A stretch of DNA of 32,000 nucleotides, from positions 210,001 through 242,000 of the forward strand of contig CAZYLT010000001.1 in assembly GCA_964648855.1 (NCBI GenBank). Direction: 5' to 3'. The stretch comes from an uncultured archaeon (GTDB lineage Archaea > Asgardarchaeota > Thorarchaeia > Thorarchaeales > Thorarchaeaceae). The notes beneath the pieces were generated by a model. It saw nothing but the letters and a program-made list of their open reading frames with translations. It ran no database searches and had not been told where the DNA came from. Position numbers and translations under genes: made by a program. Below are positions 19,605 to 28,555 of the stretch, piece by piece. The stretch's first letter is position 1. Each line of letters starts with the position of its first letter.

Positions 19605-19907
19605 ATGCCAAGAAGAAAGAAGCGGATGAAACGAACCCGCTATGACATCTATGCTGAGTTGATCAGGGTCATCTCAATCTACGGTTATTGCCCTTTGACA
19701 AGAGCCGCTCGCTCAACCAATCAACCAGTAGACAGGGCCAAGGAAACCATTCTCACATTGGTTGAGAGAGGACTGTTAGAAGAAGATGACGATGATGGAC
19801 AAACAGTCTACAAAGTGACTGTTCGTGGGCATCAATATCTTGAGTTGTACAAGAGATTGGCGGGTCTGGTCGGCATTCCCATTCCAGAACCCATTATTGG
19901 TATGTAG
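19605..19907 (+). CDS. Small archaeal winged-helix DNA-binding protein
   Basis: KRTRYDIYAELI...LTRAARSTN...LVERGLL...YKVTVRGHQYL; ATG 19605 preferred. Confidence 0.85.
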   Translation: MPRRKKRMKRTRYDIYAELIRVISIYGYCPLTRAARSTNQPVDRAKETILTLVERGLLEEDDDDGQTVYKVTVRGHQYLELYKRLAGLVGIPIPEPIIGM

Positions 19908-20004
19908 CAGGCACATAATTCATAGTAACAATTTGTGACCCTATTTTGTGAATTTCCCTTATATGGATACAAACGGCGATTATCTTAGAACCAAATGTTA
20001 TGAG

Positions 20005-21255
20005 ATGGAACAGATGGCGGAAAAAATGAAGCTTGAAAACGAAAAAACTGTTGAACTGGGAACTGTTGATGGAGACGTTCTCATCAAAAAATGTGAAAGA
20101 TTAGTTCCTCAACAAGGTGACACCATTGTCGTGACAGGCACTCTCACAGTCACGGACGAATTACTAATCGAAGGCAATTTGAGAGTCGGCCGACTTGAAG
20201 CTAACACGAGAGACAAGATCACCATAACCGGTGACCTCTATGCAGACAAAGCAGTTACTGTAAAGAGAGGGAAACTAGAAGTTCATGGCTCAGCAAAAGG
20301 ACGAGAGATTGAAGCAGGCTCCAGTGTGGAAGTGCATAGGGATTTGACATGCGTTTCAGGAAGAGGCGGAGGTTCCGTATCTGTGGGAGGAAACGCAAAA
20401 GCACAGAAACTGAGTGGCGGTGGCTCCGTCAAGATAGATGGAGATGCTGAGGTTGGAAGAGTCGATGCCGGTGGTTCAGCTAAGATTGGCGGCAGATGTG
20501 ATTGCTCAGAAATCAATGTCGGAGGGTCCGTGAAAGTAAATACTGGTAAGATACAGCGAGTTTCTGTTGGAGGTGCCTTCAAAGCAGAGGGTGCTGTTGA
20601 AATTGAAGAGATAGATGTTGGTGGAGCCGCAAAAGTCGGTGAAGGGTCCAATGTTGCATCAGTTGATGTCGGAGGCTCATTCAAATCAGTTGGGGGAATA
20701 AGTTTCGGTTCAATTGATGTGGGAGGGGCTGTCAAGCTCGGTGGTAATTCAAAGGGCGGCACTATAGATGTAGGCGGGTCAGTAAAGGTAGATGGCAACC
20801 TCGAGTTGACGGGCGATTTGGACGTGGGAGGTAAGGTAACAGTAGATGGAGATTTTAAATGTGAGCAAAAAATCAAAGTCGGTGGAACCTTAATAGTAGA
20901 TGGAAAGATCCATACCTTCCGAATAATCGTAGGCGGTAGAATAGAGGCTGCCCGCACCTATGCTGAGGATGGTTTCAGAGTAGGTCGACGTTCAGAAGTA
21001 AAGGGATTCGTTGAATCTGGTGAAATCTTGGTTAGGGAGAGATCTCGTGTTGAGTCCCTCTACGGTGATGAAATTCGAATTGAAGAGAGAGCCAGAGTGA
21101 AAAACATCTACGGTCATGACATCTATGTTGAGAAGGACGCGACTATTGAAGGAGAAGTTCTCTTTACAGAAAGATTCGAGATGGAAGATGGAGTCGAACT
21201 TCGAGGAGAAGCAAAGAAAGTCGATCAGCTTCCTCCTGCAGAAGAATTAGATTAG
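20005..21255 (+). CDS. Bactofilin-like (polymer-forming cytoskeletal) right-handed beta-helix repeat protein
   Basis: About 13 tandem 16-18-aa repeats (I/V)DVGG(S/A)VK(I/V)xG, and C-terminal ARVKNIYGHDIYVEKDATIEGEVLFT; own TATA (CTTTATAT near 19958). Start ATG 20005 or 20014. Confidence 0.75.
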   Translation: MEQMAEKMKLENEKTVELGTVDGDVLIKKCERLVPQQGDTIVVTGTLTVTDELLIEGNLRVGRLEANTRDKITITGDLYADKAVTVKRGKLEVHGSAKGREIEAGSSVEVHRDLTCVSGRGGGSVSVGGNAKAQKLSGGGSVKIDGDAEVGRVDAGGSAKIGGRCDCSEINVGGSVKVNTGKIQRVSVGGAFKAEGAVEIEEIDVGGAAKVGEGSNVASVDVGGSFKSVGGISFGSIDVGGAVKLGGNSKGGTIDVGGSVKVDGNLELTGDLDVGGKVTVDGDFKCEQKIKVGGTLIVDGKIHTFRIIVGGRIEAARTYAEDGFRVGRRSEVKGFVESGEILVRERSRVESLYGDEIRIEERARVKNIYGHDIYVEKDATIEGEVLFTERFEMEDGVELRGEAKKVDQLPPAEELD

Positions 21256-21288
21256 ACACACAATGCAATCCGCCTAATCATCTCTTTC

Positions 21289-21323
21289 ATGCGGGCCAAT
21301 GACCTATAGCAAGAGGCCCGTGT
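21289..21323. terminator. Hairpin between convergent genes
   Basis: ATGCGGGCC-N17-GGCCCGTGT; core CGGGCC (21292-21297) / GGCCCG (21315-21320). Confidence 0.4.
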
Positions 21324-22108
21324 CATGTAATTTTCTTTCTTGTAACCAAAATTCTTCGAGCTGATTCCGTAGTATATGGCGAAAACTCAAAATCACCGTA
21401 TTCATCAACCACTTCGAAGTCAGTCAATCTAAGAAGGAGATTAGCCTCTCTGGTATAGACAAGAGCTGCGCCAGACTCTTGAACTATTTCCTCAACGATC
21501 ACCCCTGATTCTTCTCGTACCGTGAATTTTAGTTTTAATTCAAGAATTTGTGTGACAGGATTTGCCTTCATAACACCAGACCGGGTAACGGTCCGCCCAT
21601 CTGGCAATTCTTTTGGAGGCTCAGAAAATGTTGAGTATTCCGGTTGCAGACCACCGGGGAAGAGGTCCAGAATAAAAAATCCGTTCCTCTGAAGAGAAGA
21701 ATGCACATTAACCAGGATTGCTAGTTGCTCATCAGTTGTCATAGCGTGACCAAATGAAGCAGGAATGACTGCAAGTGAAAACTCATCTTCTGAAGAAAAG
21801 TCTGTCATATCAGCTTCTACTAGCGTAATTCTGTCAGATATTTTTGGTTCAAGAGATACCAGATTCTTCCTAAACTCATCGATCATTGCGATGGTTTTCT
21901 CGACGGCCGTAACTTGATATCCTTGCTTTGCTAACTCAATAGAAACACGGCCGGCGCCTGCAGCTAAGTCGAGAATCGGAGATCCTTTTCTTTTTGCATA
22001 GTCTAAGTAGAATGGCAAATCCTCGTTATCTGCAAAGAGGTTATAGAACTCTGCAGCTTTCTCATAGCCTTCACGAAGCTTATCGAGTCGACGACCATCA
22101 TATACCAT
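21323..22108 (-). CDS. Class I SAM-dependent methyltransferase
   Basis: ILDLAAGAGRV, VTAVE, VEADMTDF, LQRNGFFILD, EYGDF. Confidence 0.9.
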   Translation of the reverse strand: MVYDGRRLDKLREGYEKAAEFYNLFADNEDLPFYLDYAKRKGSPILDLAAGAGRVSIELAKQGYQVTAVEKTIAMIDEFRKNLVSLEPKISDRITLVEADMTDFSSEDEFSLAVIPASFGHAMTTDEQLAILVNVHSSLQRNGFFILDLFPGGLQPEYSTFSEPPKELPDGRTVTRSGVMKANPVTQILELKLKFTVREESGVIVEEIVQESGAALVYTREANLLLRLTDFEVVDEYGDFEFSPYTTESARRILVTRKKIT

Positions 22109-22397
22109 GAATGCAACCCCATTCACCAATAAGGCAGGGAGTTTTTAGAGTTGACCATCCTAGTAGGAAGTGCATACAACGGAAAGGGAGGGATAATTGA
22201 AATGTATGCTTTATCACGCCAACATCCTATGGCGACCCATGTCAGACAGAGTCATTGGTCGCTATTCCCTAGCAAGCGTCAACTGGGTCTAGTCATAGAT
22301 TCGCCTCCAGTACACTGGATTGTCAGTACGAAGGGTTTATCAGTTTCAGAAAGTGCTCCCGCCCATAGAGCGCATACATCGCAGGCGGAATATCGCA

Positions 22398-23366
22398 ATG
22401 GCAGTCAATAAGGACATCCTCAAAGAGCTTTATGAGAAGACGCTCAAGGTTAGATTGTTTGAAGAGAAGGTTTGGGATATCTTCGGCGAGAATTTAATTC
22501 CCGGAACCCTCCATCTCTACCTTGGTCAAGAGGCCGTAGCAGCAGGAGTCGCTACAGCATTAGAGAAGACAGACTGGATACAAAGCACTCATCGTGGGCA
22601 TGGACATGTAATAGCTAAAGGTGCTGATCCAAAGAAAGCCTTCGCAGAGCTCCTAGGTAAGAAGACTGGCTCATGCAAGGGGAAGGGTGGCTCCATGCAT
22701 ATTACAGAGTTTGATGCTGGTGTACTTGGAGCTACAGGTGTAGTAGCATCAGGCCTCCCAATTGCTGTGGGTGCTGCACTCTCATGCAAGATGCGAGGCA
22801 CTAATGATGTCGTAGCCTGTTTCTTTGGGGACGGAGCCTCGAATAATGGCACGTTCGGTGAGTCATTGAATATGTCTGCTATCTGGCAATTGCCCGTGAT
22901 TTGGGTAGTCGAGAACAACTTCTACGCGATGGGCACTCCCATCAAGACAACCTGCCCAACTCAGAATATTGCAAAGCGAGGAGAAGCCTATTGCATCCCC
23001 ACTAAGGTCGTAGATGGGAATAATGCGTTAGAAGTCTATGAGGCTGCCGCCGAAGCCGTTGAGAGAGCACGAAGTGGTGGAGGACCATCACTTATTGAAT
23101 GCAGGACTTACAGGATGAAGGGACATTCAAGATTTGACCCCGCCAAGTATCGGCCCAAGGAAGAAGAAGAGGAATGGCTCTCAAGAGACCCTGTTGAGAT
23201 TATCAAAAACACTGCAATGGAACAGGGAGCTCTGGACGAAGCAGCAGCAAGCAAGATTAGAGAAAGACTCCAGAAGGAAGCAGACGACGCTGCCAAGTTC
23301 GCAATAGAATCGGAACATCCCAAGCCCGAAGAAGCACTTGAAGATGTTTTTGCGGAGGTTGCCTAG
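22398..23366 (+). CDS. 2-oxoacid/acetoin dehydrogenase E1 alpha subunit (TPP-dependent)
   Basis: HLYLGQEA, STHRGHGH, KGKGGSMH, GDGA...ENN TPP motif, TYRMKGHS. ATG 22398 preferred. Confidence 0.95.
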   Translation: MAVNKDILKELYEKTLKVRLFEEKVWDIFGENLIPGTLHLYLGQEAVAAGVATALEKTDWIQSTHRGHGHVIAKGADPKKAFAELLGKKTGSCKGKGGSMHITEFDAGVLGATGVVASGLPIAVGAALSCKMRGTNDVVACFFGDGASNNGTFGESLNMSAIWQLPVIWVVENNFYAMGTPIKTTCPTQNIAKRGEAYCIPTKVVDGNNALEVYEAAAEAVERARSGGGPSLIECRTYRMKGHSRFDPAKYRPKEEEEEWLSRDPVEIIKNTAMEQGALDEAAASKIRERLQKEADDAAKFAIESEHPKPEEALEDVFAEVA

Positions 23367-24341
23367 ATGGCAGAAAAAACCTACCGAGAGGCCTTGAAGG
23401 AAGGACTTCGTGAAGAGATGAAACGTGATAAACGAGTATTCCTGATGGGTGAAGATATCGGACTCAACTGGGGCGGCGCATTCAAGGTCACCAAAGGTCT
23501 TGCTGAGGAGTTTGGTGAGGAACGAGTCCGAGATACACCAATTTCGGAGAATACAATTGCAGGAGCCGCTGTAGGAGCTGCGATCACTGGTATGCGGCCA
23601 GTTGCTGAGATAATGTTTGGAGACCTCATCACGCTCGCTATGGACCAAGTCTGCAATCAAGCAGCGAAGATGCGGTACATGTTCGGTGGGCAGACCTCTG
23701 TTCCAATGGTCTTGCGGACCGTCTTTGGTGGGGGCAAAAACATAGCCTCTCATCACTCACAGAGTCTCGAGGCGTGGTTCATGCATACTCCAGGTCTGAA
23801 GATTGCTGTTCCAGCTTTTGCATATGACGTCAAGGGTCTCATCAAGACCGCAATAAGAGACCCAGACCCAGTGATGTTCTTTGAGCACAAGCTTGTGTAT
23901 GACAAGAAAGAAGAAGTTCCAGAGGATGAATACCTAATTCCACTGGGTGAAGCGAGAGTACGTCGAGAAGGTGCCGATGTAACACTATGGGCTACCTTTC
24001 TGATGGTTCACAAGGCAATGGAAGTCGCAGATGAATTGGCAAAAGAAGGCATTAGCGTTGAAGTTATAGATCCTAGAACTCTAGTGCCGCTAGACAGAGA
24101 AACTCTGACCAACTCTGTAAAGAAGACTGGAAGGCTGGTCCTCGTGACTGAAGAAACGAGAACCGGTGCAACCACTGCAGAAATCGCTGCGGTTGTTCAA
24201 GATGAAGCATTTGACTGGCTAGATGCACCAATCAAAAGGGTGAATGCACCTGACACACCTGTTCCATTCAGCCCAACACTGGAAGATTACTTCATTCCTC
24301 ATAAGAAAGTAATTGCTGAAGCAATCCGGTCTATCGCTTGA
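23367..24341 (+). CDS. 2-oxoacid/acetoin dehydrogenase E1 beta subunit
   Basis: GEDIG, RDTPISE, RPVAEIMF, HSQS, DPVMFFEHK, IDPRTLVPLD; abuts the E1 alpha stop. Confidence 0.95.
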   Translation: MAEKTYREALKEGLREEMKRDKRVFLMGEDIGLNWGGAFKVTKGLAEEFGEERVRDTPISENTIAGAAVGAAITGMRPVAEIMFGDLITLAMDQVCNQAAKMRYMFGGQTSVPMVLRTVFGGGKNIASHHSQSLEAWFMHTPGLKIAVPAFAYDVKGLIKTAIRDPDPVMFFEHKLVYDKKEEVPEDEYLIPLGEARVRREGADVTLWATFLMVHKAMEVADELAKEGISVEVIDPRTLVPLDRETLTNSVKKTGRLVLVTEETRTGATTAEIAAVVQDEAFDWLDAPIKRVNAPDTPVPFSPTLEDYFIPHKKVIAEAIRSIA

Positions 24342-24475
24342 ATTGCACGGAAGCCATAACTTTGGTTTTCATCAGTATCGTTAAATATGCAATGAGGAAA
24401 ATCGGATGATATGGGTAAATGAATGCCCTTTATCACAAAGAATCTAGCAGCCAAAAATAATGGACGGTTTGGTCA

Positions 24476-25708
24476 ATGGTTACAACAATGATAATGCAGC
24501 GCATGAGCGTGGCAATGGAATATGGTGTCATTCTGAAATGGCTCAAAAAAGAGGGTGAAAAAGTAAAGAAGGGCGAACCAGTAGTCGAGATTTTTGGCGA
24601 GAAAAATGAGTTCGAATTGATGGCTCCAGAGGATGGCACACTCCTCAAGATTCTCTGCGAACATGATGATGAGATTCCAATCAGTGAGCCAATAGCCGTA
24701 ATTGGGGAAGAGGGAGAGGAGATTCCTGATGTCAAACCAAGGAAACTCAATGAGCAGAAACCCCAAGCATCAAGCGAAACGCACAAGTCTGAAGAACTAG
24801 CGAAACACACACCAGCCGCTCAAAGACCTGAGTCAGCCCCGTCCATATTGGAAGGAGGAAGAATCAAAGCTTCTCCAAGAGCGAAGAAACGAGCCAAAGA
24901 GAAAGGCATTGATTTACGAAGGCTAGTAGGCACAGGACCGGATGGTAGAATAATCGAGAAAGATGTTTTGGATGCAGAGAAACAAATTCCTACTGGCACA
25001 ACGACAGAGGATGATAGAGAGATCTCCGAGATTGAAACATTGTCACCTCTAAGGCGAACCATTGCACGAAGAATGAGTGGGAGCTGGGTACACCCCCATA
25101 TCACCATGATAACCGAGATTGATATGACTGAAGCGGTTGAACTGAGAAAGGAATTGAACAAACAGTTCGAGAAGACAGAGGGTCTAAGAATCTCATTCAA
25201 TGACATCATTCTCAAGGCAGTTGCAGACACGTTGGAAAAATTCCCAAAATTCAATGCGCGGTTGGAAGGAAATGACCTCCAGATATTTAAGGACATTAAC
25301 TTGGGCGTGGCGATGGCCACAGACGATGGACTAATTGTGCCAGTTGTGGAACATGCAAATCGTAAGTCAATAAGTGAGATAACTCAGATCACAAAAAATC
25401 TTGGAAGGAGGGCGAAGGAAAATGCACTCGAACCTCACGAGCTTACTGGAAGCACTTTCACGGTATCAAATCTTGGTCCATTCGGAGTGGACCTTTTCAT
25501 CCCTGTGATTAATCCTCCAGAAACGGCCATTCTTGCACTTGGTCAAATAAAGAAGAAACCTGTTGTCATTGGTGACATGATTGCTGTGAGGGATATGATG
25601 ATGGCAAGTTGTGCAGTTGACCATCGCGTTCTGGATGGTGCCCCTGCAGGACAGTTTCTCCAAGTTTTGAAGGAAACTCTTGAGAATCCCTATATGATGA
25701 AATACTAA
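24476..25708 (+). CDS. Dihydrolipoamide acyltransferase E2
   Basis: One lipoyl domain (Lys43), PSBD KASPRAKKRAKEKGIDL...GTGPDGRI, catalytic STFTVSNLG and DHRVLDG. Confidence 0.93.
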   Translation: MVTTMIMQRMSVAMEYGVILKWLKKEGEKVKKGEPVVEIFGEKNEFELMAPEDGTLLKILCEHDDEIPISEPIAVIGEEGEEIPDVKPRKLNEQKPQASSETHKSEELAKHTPAAQRPESAPSILEGGRIKASPRAKKRAKEKGIDLRRLVGTGPDGRIIEKDVLDAEKQIPTGTTTEDDREISEIETLSPLRRTIARRMSGSWVHPHITMITEIDMTEAVELRKELNKQFEKTEGLRISFNDIILKAVADTLEKFPKFNARLEGNDLQIFKDINLGVAMATDDGLIVPVVEHANRKSISEITQITKNLGRRAKENALEPHELTGSTFTVSNLGPFGVDLFIPVINPPETAILALGQIKKKPVVIGDMIAVRDMMMASCAVDHRVLDGAPAGQFLQVLKETLENPYMMKY

Positions 25709-25762
25709 TCTCGTACTCAATCGAAAGCCATGAGATTCCCTTCAGCATAAGCAAGTCGAAAT

Positions 25763-27274
25763 CTATATCTTTCCTTCTTCGAGATCTTCTTGAATTAGCC
25801 TACTCGTTATATCGGCGCTCATCATGACGCTTGGTACGCCGGCCCCAGGGTGGGTTCCGGCCCCAACCAGATATAGCCCTTTGATATCGCGTGACCTATT
25901 ATGAGGGCGGAAGTACCCGGACTGAAGTAACAAAGGCTGCAATGAAAAGGCAGACCCTTTGTATGCATTTAGTTCAGTCTTAAAATCGGCCGGTGTGAAT
26001 ACCTCTACCACATCCAGGTTATCAAGAAGCCCGGGCAGTACACGTTCATCAAGAGTAGATAGAATGTGTTCTTTGAAGGACTCCTTCTTTTCTTCCCAAT
26101 CTACATCTGCCCCAAGATGTGAAACAGGAGTGCATGCATACATTGCCTCGCACCCTTCAGGGGCCAATTCAGGGTCATTTCGCGTGGGAATATGCAGATA
26201 TGTTGAGAAGTCATCAGGCACCTCGTGATTCTTGAAGATATCATTGATGAGACCCTTGTATCTTGGTCCAAATACAATGCTATGTTGTTCCATTTCGGGA
26301 TACTTCTTTTTCACACCAAAATAGATCATGAATAGGCTCATGCTGTATTTTGCCTTCTTGTACCGTTTGTCACTGTTCTTCTTTCTGAATCTATCATCGA
26401 TTAGGTCCATGTACGTTCTGGCAACATCAGCATTACTAATCACAATATCCGCCGGATAGTAATTACCATCTCCAGTTTCAACACCTTCAATTTCCTTTTC
26501 CTCGGTGACGGAAATGTGCATAACCTCCGAATTGAGTTTGATAGTGCCACCAATCTCGGTAAATACTTCAGCCATGGCTTCAATCATCTTGTGAGTGCCG
26601 CCCTTAACCCACCAGACTCCGTGCTTTTCCTCTATGTACGTAATAAGGCAATAAATGGCAGTCGCCGTAAAAGGATTACCACCAATAAAGAGTGGATTGA
26701 ACGATAGAGCCATACGCATACGCCCATCTTTCAAGTAAGAGGAAACCATCCCATAGACACTCTTGTAGGCCTTGTACCGAATTCCGGCAGGTCCCATTTT
26801 TGCCATGCTCCATAGGCTGGGGAAAGTCGTAGAGCCAAACTTCTCAAAACCCAGCTCATATATTGGCTTAATTCGCTTGATGAACTTCTTGTAGCCTTCT
26901 ACATCCTTTTCGTTGAATTTCTTTATTTCCTCAAGATTATGGTCGTATCCAGCATAATCCATATGGGTTCCGTCACTGAAATACAAACGGTATTTGGGAG
27001 ATATTTGAACCAAGTCAATGTAATCTTCCCTATTGCGCCCAGCGGTTTCAAAGACCTCGTCAACTAGATACGGTGGAGTGAGTATTGTAGGTCCTGTATC
27101 GAAAGTATAGCCGTTTCTAGAGAGGACACCTGCTCTGCCCCCGAGTTGGTTTCGCTTTTCTAGAAGCGTGACATTATGTCCTGCTGCTTGCAGTCGAACT
27201 GATGCAGACAGTCCACCAATGCCGCCACCGATTACTACAATTTCCCGACTATTACCAGAAGTATCACTATTCAT
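25763..27274 (-). CDS. crtI: Phytoene desaturase
   Basis: VIGGGIGG, GYTFDTGPTILT, LFIGGNPF, QSGYFRPHNRS, LYLVGAGTHPGAGVPSV; co-oriented with crtB. Confidence 0.9.
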   Translation of the reverse strand: MNSDTSGNSREIVVIGGGIGGLSASVRLQAAGHNVTLLEKRNQLGGRAGVLSRNGYTFDTGPTILTPPYLVDEVFETAGRNREDYIDLVQISPKYRLYFSDGTHMDYAGYDHNLEEIKKFNEKDVEGYKKFIKRIKPIYELGFEKFGSTTFPSLWSMAKMGPAGIRYKAYKSVYGMVSSYLKDGRMRMALSFNPLFIGGNPFTATAIYCLITYIEEKHGVWWVKGGTHKMIEAMAEVFTEIGGTIKLNSEVMHISVTEEKEIEGVETGDGNYYPADIVISNADVARTYMDLIDDRFRKKNSDKRYKKAKYSMSLFMIYFGVKKKYPEMEQHSIVFGPRYKGLINDIFKNHEVPDDFSTYLHIPTRNDPELAPEGCEAMYACTPVSHLGADVDWEEKKESFKEHILSTLDERVLPGLLDNLDVVEVFTPADFKTELNAYKGSAFSLQPLLLQSGYFRPHNRSRDIKGLYLVGAGTHPGAGVPSVMMSADITSRLIQEDLEEGKI

Positions 27275-27321
27275 TGTACCAGAGAATCCTCCTTATTCTG
27301 CAATATTTCGAGGACATATCA

Positions 27322-28281
27322 TCATTCTTCTTGTCTTTGAAGATACGCCTTCTTCTCGCGCTTGTATTCTCTTCGCAGTTTGTAAGCTATCCAGAGCTTT
27401 TTCCACTTAGGGACGACAGCCCGCTTGCTGAAGACCTCATAATCCATCTTTTCGATTTCGGCCATTATTTCGCTATAGACCCGACTTGCTACCTTGACTG
27501 TGAACTGACCACCCGGCGGTAGGTCAGGTATTCCTACCTCAGCTGCAGCATAGATTGAGCGAGCTCGTGCGATTTCTGACCTGATCATCCATTTGAAATT
27601 AGGACCAACCGTCTGGTTTTCAAAGTCGGATATATCTACTCTAAATTTCTCTCGCGTTTCGCGTGGGATATAGATACGTCCACTTTCATAATCTTCAGCA
27701 ATATCGCGCAAAATGTTGGTTAACTGCAGTGCACGACCCAAGTCTGCTGCACGTTCAAGGGTTTCAACAGCGGTTGCACCCCAAATATGACACATCATAA
27801 TTCCAACAGTCGATGCAACCTGGTAGCAGTATTTATCCAACTCTCGGATAGTTTTAATCTCAGTCAAGTTGATATCCATTCGAACACCATCAATGAGCTC
27901 ATGGAGATATCTGGGCGGAATGGAGCATTTCGTCATTGTATCTCCGAATGCTCGGAAAAGTGGGTCATCAAAGACTACGCCCTGAGATAGTTTTTCTACA
28001 ATAGTGTCTAGCAAATCGAGCTCCTTCTCAATCTGCTCTTTTGGCATATCAAGCTCGTCAGCAAAATCATCAACAAGTCTACAGAACGCGTAAAGGGCTG
28101 CAAAGGATCGTCTTTCGGCATCCTCCAAATAGCGTGAAGCAAAATAGAACGACTTGGCATGGAGTTTGAACATTTCCATGCAGAAATCATACGCAGCCTC
28201 AAGAGACTCGGTATCAGGATTTTCATCTACCTCAAGTGCAGAAGGAATAGTGGTATGATGGGTCGTGTAATTTATCGTCAT
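27322..28281 (-). CDS. crtB: Phytoene synthase
   Basis: HAKSFYFAS, LYAFCRLVDDFAD, YCYQVASTVG, LGRALQLTNILRDIAED...RIYIP. Confidence 0.95.
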   Translation of the reverse strand: MTINYTTHHTTIPSALEVDENPDTESLEAAYDFCMEMFKLHAKSFYFASRYLEDAERRSFAALYAFCRLVDDFADELDMPKEQIEKELDLLDTIVEKLSQGVVFDDPLFRAFGDTMTKCSIPPRYLHELIDGVRMDINLTEIKTIRELDKYCYQVASTVGIMMCHIWGATAVETLERAADLGRALQLTNILRDIAEDYESGRIYIPRETREKFRVDISDFENQTVGPNFKWMIRSEIARARSIYAAAEVGIPDLPPGGQFTVKVASRVYSEIMAEIEKMDYEVFSKRAVVPKWKKLWIAYKLRREYKREKKAYLQRQEE

Positions 28282-28301
28282 CGAGTCTCCCCAGTCCTTT
28301 G

Positions 28302-28378
28302 TTGCAAATCACACAGATACACTATCTCTCATCGAATGCCATTCGATTTCTTACGGATGTATTTGTGTGCTAATGCAA
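28302..28378. repeat. Long imperfect inverted repeat immediately upstream of crtB
   Basis: TTGCA/TGCAA; CACACAGATACA (28310-28321) / TGTATTTGTGTG (28358-28369), 11 of 12 pairs; ATCGAATG-C-CATTCGAT (28331-28347). Confidence 0.75.
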
Positions 28379-28448
28379 GGTTACTCTAAGTGTTGCAGAA
28401 TAAATATCTTAAGATTATTAAACCATTGGATGGTTCCCCTATCAAATT

Positions 28449-28498
28449 AACGAATATCGATTCATGTTTCAACGAATATCTGCCAATATTATTTAAGG
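28449..28498 (+). promoter_or_regulatory. Direct repeat AACGAATATC x2 upstream of the crtD TATA-like box
   Basis: Exact copies at 28449-28458 and 28471-28480 (22-bp period), followed by TATTATTTAAGG at about 28487-28498. Confidence 0.5.
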
Positions 28499-28555
28499 TG
28501 TGCCGAATCATTCATATGCTGCATATAGTAAAAGGTTTGGATAGGGAGAATTACC

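Noticed and set aside
20283-20957. 224-aa Pro/Thr/Ser-rich antisense ORF
   Set aside because: Shadow of the Gly/Val repeats on the opposite strand (GG codons read as PP).
21298-21314. AUGA...GA in the hairpin loop as a SECIS or kink-turn
   Set aside because: Too short for a SECIS helix II, and no upstream gene has an in-frame UGA.
22151-22411. 86-aa ORF in the methyltransferase-E1 spacer
   Set aside because: TTG start without a clear RBS, no motif, overlaps the probable promoter and the E1 alpha start.
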